Shown here in pieces: positions 13,906 to 24,956 of a DNA stretch of 64,000 bases. The DNA is from Marsupella aquatica (taxonomy: Eukaryota > Plantae > Marchantiophyta): positions 25,295,899 through 25,359,898 of the forward strand of contig OZ316891.1 in the NCBI GenBank assembly GCA_973895155.1. The letters run 5' to 3'. Position 1 is the first letter of the stretch, and each line of letters starts with the position of its first letter. The notes under the pieces were generated by a model. It had not been told where the DNA came from. It did no database searches and worked only from the letters and a program-made list of their open reading frames with translations. The translations under genes were made by a program, and so were the position numbers.

Positions 13906-14270
13906 GAGGGATACGCCGTATCCCCATTTGTATTCAACTCTATTATTTGGCCTTCTTTTCAATATTGAATACGAGATGGGATACCGCGTATCCCATCTTG
14001 CATTGAACACCCTCTTCCATCCAAACCTCCTCGCTCTTTCTTGACTTTGAATACGAACTGGGATACCGCGTATCCCATTTCGCATTCAACTCTCTCTTTT
14101 TCGTTAATTGCATCAGACTCTGGACATTTGTTGTTGTTGGATGCGAAGTGGGATACCGCGTATCCCATTTCACATTCAACTCCCTCTTTTTCATTCTTTG
14201 CATCAGACTTGGCAATTGTTGATGTTGGATGCAAAGTGGGATACCGCGTATTCCATCTCACATTCAACTA
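13906..14270. repeat. Palindromic repeat family A, cluster 2
   Basis: Cores near 13908, 13977, 14059, 14149 and 14237; the left arm of the first unit lies across the copia at 7131-7143. Confidence 0.9.
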
Positions 14271-15339
14271 CTTTTGGTCTGGTTCTAAGTGTGTCAATCT
14301 TTTTCAGGATCATGTCAAACAAATCAAAGTCGTCTGGTTTGACCCAGTCTTCATGGACATCCATCATCGATGAGATTTGGAAGAAAGACCTTTACACGGA
14401 GGAGAAACTCGTGAGGAATAGGTGGTACTTCAGGGATGCTCGGGCGATGGATATTCACAGAGCCTATGAAGGTCCAGCGGTGTGGTTGGTTATAGTTAAG
14501 GGTAAAGACCATTGCCATTATGGATTAGTCGTGGACACTGGGGAGGCGGATATCACCGACTCAAAAACAAAACAGCTGAAGAAAATTCCAATGTACCTTT
14601 GCATTCTTCTGAACAAAGCCTTCACTGTAGTTGTCCTCAACTATTAGAAACTTGATCAGGTCTCGATGAACACATTTCCTGATGACCCGATCTGCCAGCT
14701 AATTTCGGAAGTGCCAGAGATTGAGGACTTTTCTTATTGGTGTTTGAAATTTGTCTTGAAGTCTTGGAGGGTTGTTGAGGATTTTATGAAGGTAGTGTAT
14801 AGGTCCGTTGTTGGAGCCGACTTTGGCGTCAAAGAGTGGCCTTTGAAGTTGAAAGTGACAAAGCCTACCGATCCGGCTTCAAAGTCAGGGGAGATGTCTG
14901 GAACACCCTTGACAAAGGAGAAATCTGCCACAATTTCTTTTAAGGAACCGGCAAAGAGGAAGCTTGCAGATTAACTCTCTGGGGAAGGTTCTAAAGTAGC
15001 GGTGTCAGGAGAAGCTATTGTCAAGAAAAAATTGGATCGACGTGACATCCAGAAGCGGGCGCCTTTGCACCAGGAAGTGTTGTCTCATCTTTGGTCCCAC
15101 CAATTTCACAGACACCTTCTCAGATTCCTTCAACTTCGTCAGGTGGGCTTTCTTTATCATCTAGGGGAGCTGTTAAAGAAAAGAAAGACGATTCAACAGA
15201 TATCACCACAGCTTTGTAGCGGGAAGAGACACTTGTGGTTTGTGAAGAAGTGTCTCGGTTGATGGAGACTAAGCGAGTTCAAAAGACAACAGTTATTCTG
15301 AAAACAACTAACCTGCTTCTTGTTGACAATATTGATGAC

Positions 15340-15720
15340 GAGAACTCAACGTTGGTTTGAACAATTGATTAGTTGCATGTGGAGAACATCAAGACTTTGA
15401 TGAAAATGAATCCAACAAATTTCACGACGTCATTGGTCTTGTTTGTGATCCCCAAAGACTGCCCAACAGTGACAGACTGGGACCCAGAAAAGGCAACAAG
15501 CTGGAGATATCGAGTGATTGGAAGTAATCACGGTGCTCGGGCTAAGAGAGAATTGTATCAGGCTTATGGGAGAGAGATCTTCAATGAACTCCAAGCTTGG
15601 GTGTATGCTGGTCTCACAAGGGAGGACATTCAGAAACTTAGCATCCAACATAATATTGATCAGGAGTACAGGAAAAAAATGAACAACATTGATCAAATCC
15701 GAACAATGCATAAGATTTTC
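15340..15720 (+). CDS. ParB/Sulfiredoxin-like domain (part of gene A)
   Basis: HVENIKTLMKMNP...LVLFV...YRVIGSNHGARAKREL...AWVYAGLT...LSIQHN fits the ParB/Srx (Y)x(V/I)(I/V)xGxHRxxA pattern. Confidence 0.6.
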
Positions 15721-16319
15721 CTTGCCAGAGGAATGGCAAAAACCAAGGAGACTAGAGAAGCGTGTGCGATGGAGGTTTGCCTCGACGGGTTTTTTCCGGG
15801 GGACGCCACAAGCCTGAAGAAGCATGAGCCTCTCTTCCAAATTGCATTTAGGTTGGGTAAAGTGTGGGAACTCCAAGACCAGATCTTTGAGATGTGGAAC
15901 AAGTTGGAGATCAAAGGGCAGAATAAGCAGAAGTCACCGATCAAGAAACTCAAGAAAGGAAAGGGAAAAGTGCAATCGATTCCAAAAGCTTTGAATAAGC
16001 TTGCAGGGGGCCTTACCTTGACACCTTGGAGAGCAATCTAGGGAATTGAACACGACCAATTTTTGGAGTCCCTTCTTCTCCGAGTGAAGGACCGGATGAT
16101 CTCTTTGGAGTAGATGGCAAAAGAAGCCAAGAGTTACAAGAAACTTGTGAAAATTAGCAAGCTTTTTGTTCAGTTGTTAGGGCAAAAAGATTGGGCGACT
16201 TGCAAACGAATGTTTCCAAAAGAAACAGAATCTGCCGAGCTTGAAAGATGGAGTGGGAAATTGTCCGATGTGGTATGTTCTCCCGTTCCACTGATTGGAC
16301 TTTTCTATTTGTTTCGCCA

Positions 16320-16670
16320 TGTTTGGATGTTTCAATGCAGTTTTTTCTTGGTTGAATGCAAAGTGGGATACGCGGTATCCCATCTTGTATTCACTTGTGG
16401 TTATTTGACGTTTGTGATGTTTCAATGTGGTTTTTGCTTGGTTGAATTCAAAGTGGGATACGCGGTATCCCATCTCGTATTCAATGTGGTTATTTGACGT
16501 TTGTGATGTTTCAATGTGGTTTTTGCTTGGTCGAATGCGAAGTGGGATACGGGGTATCCCATCTCGGATTCACTTGTGGTTATTTGACGGTGGTGATGTT
16601 TGACTGTGGTTTTTGCTTGGTTGAATACAAACTAGGATACGGAGTATCCCATGTCGCATTCGTCGTCCAG
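16320..16670. repeat. Palindromic repeat family A, cluster 3, inside a predicted intron of gene A
   Basis: Four tandem units of about 90 bp, cores near 16364, 16454, 16543 and 16633. Confidence 0.9.
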
Positions 16671-16970
16671 ATTCGATTGTTTGAATTCCTAAATGGTTAT
16701 CTCCCATTATCTTTCCTCCAGATTCTTTTAACAAGTTTGCATTTGCAGTTGAAAGCTTTTTCGAAGAAGAAGAACAAGGATGCAATTGGTGCCAATGCGG
16801 TTGAGAAGCCTACGGAGGAGCTGACTTTGAGTGTTATTCCCCCGAGGTTTAAGAATTACGTTCAAGAAGCAATTGAGAACTACAACCGTCGTCGTGGGAT
16901 TGAAACGATTGAAGCAGAGTCGAGTGACCATTGATGGAAAAACGCTGATGGAAATTTTATCAGATATACA

Positions 16971-17640
16971 TTGCATTGTGGAGATGTCAGGGCGCTGGAT
17001 AAGTTTGTAGAGAAAAGGAATTACACACTTGCAATTGTAGACATTCCTTATGGATTCAATGCGCCTGGCTCTGAAAATGATGAGGTCTCATTTTCAGAGA
17101 GTGATATTGTGGTTATGGTGAAGTGTTTTGCCAAGGTGACAAGTTCAAAGATGTGGAGGTTTGTTGTGATTCACTCTTTGCAGCAAACTTGGTCTGTGAT
17201 GAATGCTCTTGGAAAAACTTGTGACGCAGGTGTAGAGGCTGGAATTTGGGAGAAGCCAAATGTACATGCTCATCCTTTCGGGAATCGATTGGCTTGGGCT
17301 TTTGAAAACTGGTCAATCGAATATTATCACGAGAGTGGGATTAGGACCAGAGACATGTACAATTTTGAACATGATGAGAAAAGGGTAAACATCATAAAAG
17401 TCCCTTGTGTTACAAAGAAATGTGTAACACCATTGGGAGAAATAGTGAACCCTTACCAGAAACCGATAGCTTTAGCAGATTGGTTTGTTCAACATTTTAG
17501 TGAAGCAGGGGATTGGGTTGCTGATTTATGTGCGGGGAGTGGTTTGACCTCATGCGCTGCCTTGTTAGGGAAACGTCCGGTGACAACCATGGAGCTCAGT
17601 GCAAGCTAGGTGGATTGTATCCGGACCCGACTTGTCACAC
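16971..17640 (+). CDS. Beta-class amino DNA methyltransferase domain (part of gene A)
   Basis: HCGD; motif IV LAIVDIPYG (DPPY-like); then NPYQKPIALADWFV and SAM motif I SEAGDWVADLCAGSGLTSCAA; IV-before-I order. Confidence 0.85.
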
Positions 17641-18017
17641 TTGATGAATCGTGAGACTTGAATGATGAAGCAACCGAGGAGGGTACAGGACCTGTGAGCT
17701 TTGAGGTTCAACCACCTATTGGTGGTACTACGAGCACCCTCACCACTGGAACTTGCATTATTACAACCGCGGAGGAGAATGACAATGATGAGGATGAAGA
17801 GGATGAAGTGGAACATGAAGCTCCGGCACTTGATCTTGGCTCATTCCTTGAGGTGTAGACTTAAGTTTGATTAGTTCTCTCATGTTGTATGTATTGATCC
17901 AAACTTGTGAAATATTGAGGAAGATTATGATTGGACTATGTTCTTATTTCACAAAGTAATGTCTTTGCAGGAACCAAAGGAGGATTTTGTATTAAAACAT
18001 GTTCTGCATAGATTCTC

Positions 18018-18655
18018 GGCCTCATTCACAATTGGGTGTACCTCGCAGGAACCACTTTCAGGACTCAAAAATATGCTTTTTTAGTGAAAAATAACTTTCG
18101 TAACATGAAAAAAGGTTCATCATGATTTTATCTCAAGACATTTAAGTCTAATTTTTTCACAAGAATATTTTACATGGTGTAACCTACCTCACCATGTAGA
18201 TACATCAAGTTTTCAACTGTTTTAAGGGATCCTGTTATTGATGGCCCTAAATAAGCCAAAATTACTGATTATTTTTGTCCTGTACATAAAGGTTTAGTGT
18301 GTGTCACTATTTAAGTTTTGAAATATAAGATTATGCTATTAGTATGCATGCTTTGGTAAAATTTCATTGTCTAAAATGCATTTTTTAGAGTCCTTTTGAG
18401 TCTTGAAATGATGTGACCCGTTGCGTGACAAGTCCTTTTATCAATCTTTGAAGGACATATAAGGAAAGCTTCAAAGTCTCAAATGCTAGATAGTTTAATG
18501 AATGTTACCAACCTATAGGATGTTTATTAAGTATAGTACATCAAATTTTCTATATCATCTCATTACACCCTAAAAATGATATCCTAAAGCATAATAAACT
18601 ATGGTCACTTTTGAGTGTGACGTTCCTTTTGGGTCCTCCAATTGTGAATGAGGCC
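18018..18655. mobile_element. Non-autonomous TIR element (MITE), 638 bp
   Basis: 18-bp perfect TIR GGCCTCATTCACAATTGG / CCAATTGTGAATGAGGCC, flanked by TCTC on both sides; excision restores the Ulp1 frame. Confidence 0.85.
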
Positions 18656-18659
18656 TCTC

Positions 18660-19536
18660 ACACAATCCTTCTAGTGGATTTCTTTTGGACAATAAAACAT
18701 TGAGCCAACTTGAACCCGGTCAATATTTGGGTGATGAAATAATGGAATTTTACCCCCCGTTTTACCCGCAATTAATAACCGAGGAACATGGAGATCTGGC
18801 TCCCTCAGTAAACACATTATCCTCTTTTTTTTACCCTTGGCTTGTTTCAAGGATTGAAACAGAACCAGCTGAGACCTTGTTGGAATCAATTCAAAAGATG
18901 CAGAATTATTACAAGCCACCATTTTCCCAAATTGAGGTCATTCTCATGCCAATTCACATGAGCATGCACTGGAGTCTGGTTGTAATATGTTTGGATCGGA
19001 TTGAATCTTCGATCAAAATATATCATCTAGACTCTCTCGCTGGTCTACACTCAACCCATGTAATTGGATCAATACTGAGCAGGTACGTATATATTCTATT
19101 ACATTTTTTCAATTTGAATTTATTTATGTGGTACATAAATATAAACACTTTGGACTAAGAACTTTGAATGATAATTTGCAGATATTTTACAATGGAATGG
19201 GAACTATTTTTGGGAAAAGTTCCAATGGGAGTTGTGGAGATATACAATCCAATGGTAAGGATTTGAAAAGGTATTTCAACTTTTATTTAGTTCAATTATT
19301 AAACACTTTGGACTAACTTTAAGATTCTTTCTCAGGTAGCTCAACAACCAAACAATTCAGATTGTGGTCTATTTGTTCTTCAAAATATGGACAAAATCAG
19401 AATTCAATGGCATATTACACAATGCCTTGATGCACAGTCTTTATTTACTGAAAAATGGTACAATTGTAAAAGAGCATGTAACCTTATAAAATTCATTCGA
19501 GATCAAATTCTAAAATTGATGCATGTACCTGTTTAA
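18660..19536 (+). CDS. Ulp1/C48 SUMO-like protease domain (exons to 19082, 19182-19254, 19336-19536)
   Basis: YLGDEIMEFY, SSFFY, PIHMSMHWSL, HLDSL, QQPNNSDCGLFVL: H-D-C triad and oxyanion Q intact; GT-AG introns in frame. Confidence 0.9.
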
Positions 19537-19590
19537 GGACATCAATCTCAATCCTCTGAGTGTGCAGAACCTCTCTAATATAGCAGACTC

Positions 19591-22500
19591 TGTTTCATTC
19601 AATGTATTCACCAACAATGATCACGCTTCTCTTAGGAGTGTAAGAATATATGGGTTACATTGATGGGCAGTTATGTAACTGCCCTAACTCCTAATTGTCA
19701 CTTAGAGTGTAATCTACATCTTATAACACTCCCCCTTGGTTCTTTGAAGTGATTAGAAAAAGAACCACTCTATGGAGATTGTAACTCTAAGTGTTAATTA
19801 TTTGATCCTTATAAGTAGTATGGCCTCATTAAAACTTTCCCACTTTCTTCTGGAAGAAAGAGTGCCACTACTGTACAAGTAATAAGGTCATCGAAATACA
19901 TTTAGGGTAATCTAATGAGAATTTTATAGTGAAAGTTTCGTGCAGTTTCGAGAGTTTTAGTTCTAGCTGTGAGTTTGTAGTAGAGTAGATAGACGACGTA
20001 TCCCGATACCATGTGTGTGATCGTGGTGAACTGAAGGTGGGAGGGGCTTAGTGAAGAGATCTGCGCGATTATCTTTACTTGCAATCCAATGAACTTGAAT
20101 CTGATCGCCATGCTGTTCGTGAGTGTAGAAAAATTTGGGGGCAATATGCTTTATCCGATCTCATTTGATAAAGCCTTGTGTAACTTGATCGATGCAAGGG
20201 CGATTGTCCTCGTAGATAGTTGTTGGAGCGTTGAGAAGTGGACGACCTGTATGCTGATTAATGTGATCAATGAGTTGTCTGAGCCAGATGCATTCATGAC
20301 TTGCTTCGTAAAGGGCAATGATTTCTGCATGGTTCGAGGACGTTGTCGTGAGGGTCTGTTTGGAGCTTCGCCAAGATATCGCGGTGCTGCCTTGGAGAAA
20401 TACATACCCGGTTTGCGATTTAGCGTCATCCGGGTCCGAAAGGTATCCAGCATCAGCAAATCCGATGAGTTCAGAAGGAGCATCGTTGGGAAAGAACAAT
20501 CCCAAGTCAAGTGTGCCCTGTATGTATCGAAAAATTTGCTTTACGCCATTCCAGTGTCTTATTGTTGGTTGCGAACTATGACGAGCAAGAAGGTTAACAG
20601 CGAATGAAATGTCAGGGCGTGTGTGATTCGCTAAGTACATGAGCGCACCAATTGCTGAAAGATAGGGTTTTTCTGCTCCAAGTATCTGCTCTGTTTCTGT
20701 GCGTTTCTTGAATGTATCTCGATTCGGGTCCAGAGATCTCAGTTCCATTGGAGTGCTCACTGGATGAGCTTTATCCATGTTGAACTGCTTTACAATCTTT
20801 CTTGCATAAGTCGCTTGATTAATAAGTATGCCGCCCTGCACATAGTCAAATTGAAGTCCAAGACAGTACTTGGGTTCTCCTAGATCTCGCATTTGAAATG
20901 TTGTTTTCAATGTTGCCATTGTTTCTTTAACTATTGTAGGTGTACCGAAGATGTTAATATCGTCTACATAAATAGCGACGATTATGTAATCTGTGTCATG
21001 TTGTTTAAGAAAAAGACAGGGAGCAATGTCGTTATTGACAAAGTTCAGAGCTAGCATCTCTGCCTTAAATCTTTTATACCAGGTTCGGCCACTTTGTTTG
21101 AGCCCATATAGGGATCGCAGTACTTGGACTGCCAATTGTTTTGTCTATATAGCAGATCTGGGAAGTCGACTTCTCGCTTGATGTGCACTCGGCACCTGTA
21201 ATTCATGAAGAACTGAAGGTTCGTTTTCATGTGCATGCTTTAGAAGGTACTCTATAGGAGTTTTCCTTGTTAACCCTGATTGTAGATCAGGGTTTGTATT
21301 ATGTTTATTCTCCCCCTGAATTCGAAATGTCATTCGTGTGATTAACTCAGGAGGAGCCTTCATGTAGATTGTAGTGTCCAATATGCCATAAAGGTAGGCT
21401 GTGATAACATCTAGTATGTTTAGTGTCAATTTGTGCGTAAGTGCAAACGCTATCATGTATCTATAAGTTATCAAATCCATCACGGGTGAGTAAGTAAGGT
21501 CAAAGTCACGTCCTGGGATTTGCGTATAGCCTTTAGCAACCAGTCGTGCTTTGTACCGAATTATCTCTCCTTGAGCGTTTCTTTTCCGTGTGAAAATGAA
21601 TTTATATCCGATAAGTGATGTGTGTAGAGGGGCAGGAATGACCGGACCAAAGACTTCTCGTTGAATTAATGAGTCCAATTCAGAATTAAGTGCTATCTCC
21701 CACTGGGGCCAATCAGGCCGCTGCTGTGCCTCGTGGACTGACAGGGGATCTGGGGTGTCATTGGTGATATCCTGAGATATATCGAATGCAAATATATCAT
21801 CTATAATTGTATCCTTTCGATGCCATAATCGACCAGTATGCATATAATTGATGGATATTTCTTGATTTTCTTCTGGCTGAGTGAGAGAGTGGGTAGATGG
21901 TACCGGTGGAGGTGGCACATTCGTTGGGTTAGCTGGTGGTCGTCGTTGGCGAGGTTGGCTGTCTCTAGAGCCCAGTGGTCGACCTCGTTTTGCTCTTGGG
22001 GCAGCTTCACTGGCAAGTTGGTCTGGTATTAGTATTCGGGCTGGAGTATTGGCCGCCTCTATGTGTGAACGGGTTACTTCAGCTGCATCATTAAAAGCGT
22101 CCGGGAGCTTTTCCAGCATCTGATGGAGATGTAATATGCGTCTGACTTCTGCATCAGCTTGTCTGGTACGTGGATCAAGTCCCACCGGTAGGATGGTCTG
22201 CCATTGTAATAATTGTTTTCTGCCATTCTCATCGGATGGATGTGTAGTTAGTTTCGGAAATTCGTCTTCGAAAAAGGTACAGTCAAGGAATCTGGCCTTG
22301 AACACATCTGTTGTGGATGGTTCCAGGAACCGAATAATGGAGGGTGAGTCAAAACCAACATAAATCCCTCGTTGGCGCTGGGGGCCCATCTTGGTGCGTT
22401 TTGGGCCTAGGATAGGGACAAGGACTAAACACCCAAACGTCCGCAAGTGAGAAATGTTAGGTGGTATACCAAATGCAAGGTAATGCGGAGTATGGGTATT

Positions 22501-24956
22501 AAATGCGGAAGGTCTATATTTTAGGAGAGCAGCTGCATGCAATATTGCATGTCCCCATGCTGTAGGAGGAAGTTGTGTTTGCATGAGGAGTGGCCGAGCT
22601 ATCATTTGTAGTCTTTTAATGAGAGATTCTGCTATGCCGTTCTGAAAATGAACGTGCGGTACCGAATATTGGGTTTCTATGCCGGCAGTCTCACAAAAAT
22701 CATCGAATGTTTTCGACGTGAACTCCCCGGCATTATCAACCCTGAGTGTCTTTATTGGATTGTCAGGGAACTGTAGCTTTAACTTGAGGATGTGTGATAA
22801 AATCCGTGGGAATACTAGGTTCCGGGTCGAGATCAGTGAAACTTGGGACCATTTTGATGAAGCATCAATAATGGCCAAGTAAAACCGGAATGGACCAAAT
22901 GGCGGGTCAATCGGGCCACATACGTCAGCGTGAAGCCTTTCGAGGAATTTAGGAATGGAGTGAATTGTTTTAGATGTGGCTGGTCTGGTGATTAACTTTC
23001 CCTGTGAACACGCAAGACAGGGGCTCTTCAGAGATGATGGGCGCACCCCTTGGGGTATGCCTATCGTATCCCGGATTATATTATGGTACATGTTGGTACC
23101 AGGGTGGCCTAGCCGATTGTGCCAGCGCTCTGTGGGAGTTGGAGGAACTATTTCTACATGTAATGCGTGTATGGTGGTGATGTATAACCCGGGAGGGTGG
23201 ATAGGCAAGGTTTCACAGATTTTCATTCCAGGTGGAGAATGGTCAATAATGTGTAGGACTTCACCCTCATTGGTCTTGCTTGTATATATGTGAAAGTTGT
23301 TAGCTCTTATGTCTTGGAAACTAATTAAATTTCGTGTGGCTTTAGGTGCGTATATTGCCGAGGAGATGTTGATTACTGTGCCCTGGGGGAAACAAACTGA
23401 TGCGGGGCCGTGCCCTTCCTCAATATGATTCTGTCCTGTGATGGTAGTTATGGCTCTGTGAGAAGCTATAATTGTTCGAAAAAAATGTCGATTTCTTAGG
23501 ATGGAGTGGGAGGTCCCACTATCTACTATGCAATTAGATGGTGTTAATTTGCCTTGTGATTGTGCATCCATGTGAGCAACGTGGGTTTCTGGAAGGGGTG
23601 TATCATGTGTATAAGCATGTATGTCTTCAGGAATTTCCATAAAATTGCCTTGTGCATCTTCTGTTTGCCTGTTTATACTTTCTTTATAGAGCTTGACCAA
23701 GTGTGCAGGAGCCCGACATTCTTTTTGTAAATGTCCTTTTGTACCGCATCGGAAACAAGAGGGTGTAATAAACTTATCTCTTGGTTGTGCTTGGTAGCCT
23801 CTTCCTCGATTCCGTCCGCCACCTCCGCGTTGATTCCAAGTGGGGTCTCGCTGGAATTCTTGGGATTGTTGTCGGAAGCTCCCACTGCCTCTGTATCCTT
23901 GGTAAGTTCCTCTTCCAAATGCACGTCCTCGGCTCCCCCTGAAGTTGCCACGTCCGCGCCCCCGGAATCTTGAGGCCATAAGATGAGTTTCTGGTCTGGC
24001 TGGAGGGGCTGCACTCCCTGGTGGTCTTGTTTTAGCATTGTTGAGCAGTATTATCTGATGCTTCTCAGCGAGGAGCATATGTGATATCAATTGAGAATAC
24101 CGCGTGAAATTCATGTTTCGATATTGAGAGGCTAGAACTATGTTAGTTACATGAAAAGTGGACAGAGTCTTTTCGATCTGCTCTTCATCATCCACTGGAT
24201 TACCGCAGACAGCTAATTGGGAGGTAATTCGGAATAGTTCGTTGTTATAACTCGCAATTGTGCTGTAATCTTGTACTCGCAGGTTTATCCAATCGTGGCG
24301 GGCTGTCGCGAGTGATATGGTCCGCATATGATCGAAGCGTAATTGTAGTTCGTCCCATAGGACCCTTGGGTTGTAGTGATTGAGATATTGAGTCTTAAGC
24401 GGTTCAGCAAGATGGTGCCTGATTAGTATCAAGGCCTGAGCCTTCTGTTGTAATGTAGTACCTGCATCGGTTAAGGTTGTGTCTTGCAGGTCTTTAGATG
24501 CTAGATGTGCCTCCACATCTAAAGACCAAGACAAGTAATTTGCGCCATCGATCGCGAGAGCTTTGAAATGTAATTTCTCCATGATTGATCAATGCTGCAA
24601 TTGGAAGTTCCGATGCTGGCTAGCTTGTAATAAGGTTCTTTGATAATGCAATCGTTTATGGCTAAGGAGATGGTATCGTTCAAAACCTGATGGATTTCTC
24701 TCACCGAGTTCCAAGAATCAGTTCCAATCGAGGAATAGTGCTGCTGAAGTTTAACTGCGCGTCATCTGCCTCTATCTAAAAAAAAATTTGTCACACACAT
24801 CAGCTCGTGCTGATAACGTGTTTCATTCAATGTATTCACCAACAATGATCACGCTTCTCTTAGGAGTGTAAGAATATATGGGTTACATTGATGGGCAGTT
24901 ATGTAACTGCCCTAACTCCTAATTGTCACTTAGAGTGTAATCTACATCTTATAACA
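19591..24956 (-). mobile_element. Full-length Ty1/copia, Bianca lineage
   Basis: 138-bp LTRs (19591-19728, 24819-24956) that read as identical, TSD GACTC, PBS CGTTATCAGCACG typical of Bianca, PPT CAAGGGGGAG. Confidence 0.95.
19963..24582 (-). pseudogene. Bianca gag-pol, single frame with two premature stops (near 21145 and 20161)
   Basis: GANYLSWSLD, CFRCGTKGHLQKEC, VDSGTSH, WHNRLGHP, HADVCGP, YGLKQSGRTWY, YVDD, GFADAGY, KHIAPKFF. Confidence 0.95.

Larger units (their letters stand above)
14312..19536 (+). pseudogene. Spliced fusion gene A: ParB/Srx-like + beta-class N4C/N6A DNA methyltransferase + acidic linker + Ulp1/C48 protease
   Basis: Predicted phase-compatible introns 16273-16721, 17853-17970, 19083-19181 and 19255-19335. 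Removing the MITE 18018-18655 restores the frame. Several stops are TAG/TGA/TAA where CAG/CGA/CAA would continue the frame, plus frameshifts. Confidence 0.65.

Noticed and set aside
13843-14373. ORFs with WDTAYPISH / MGYAVSH repeats (also 4638-5148, 16177-16785, and similar repeat ORFs at 43794-44362)
   Set aside because: They are translations of palindromic DNA repeats that are open on both strands, not proteins
4680-16670. Regularly spaced palindromes as a CRISPR array
   Set aside because: The intervening sequences are related to each other, there are no cas genes, and the context is eukaryotic and intronic
15340-17640. Bacterial or phage ParB and restriction-modification locus (contamination)
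   Set aside because: Spliceosomal introns, plant TE insertions with TSDs, and no operon, ParA or restriction enzyme
20089-20607. Antisense ORFs over retroelement pol genes (many in the ORF track)
   Set aside because: Shadow frames of real coding sequence on the opposite strand
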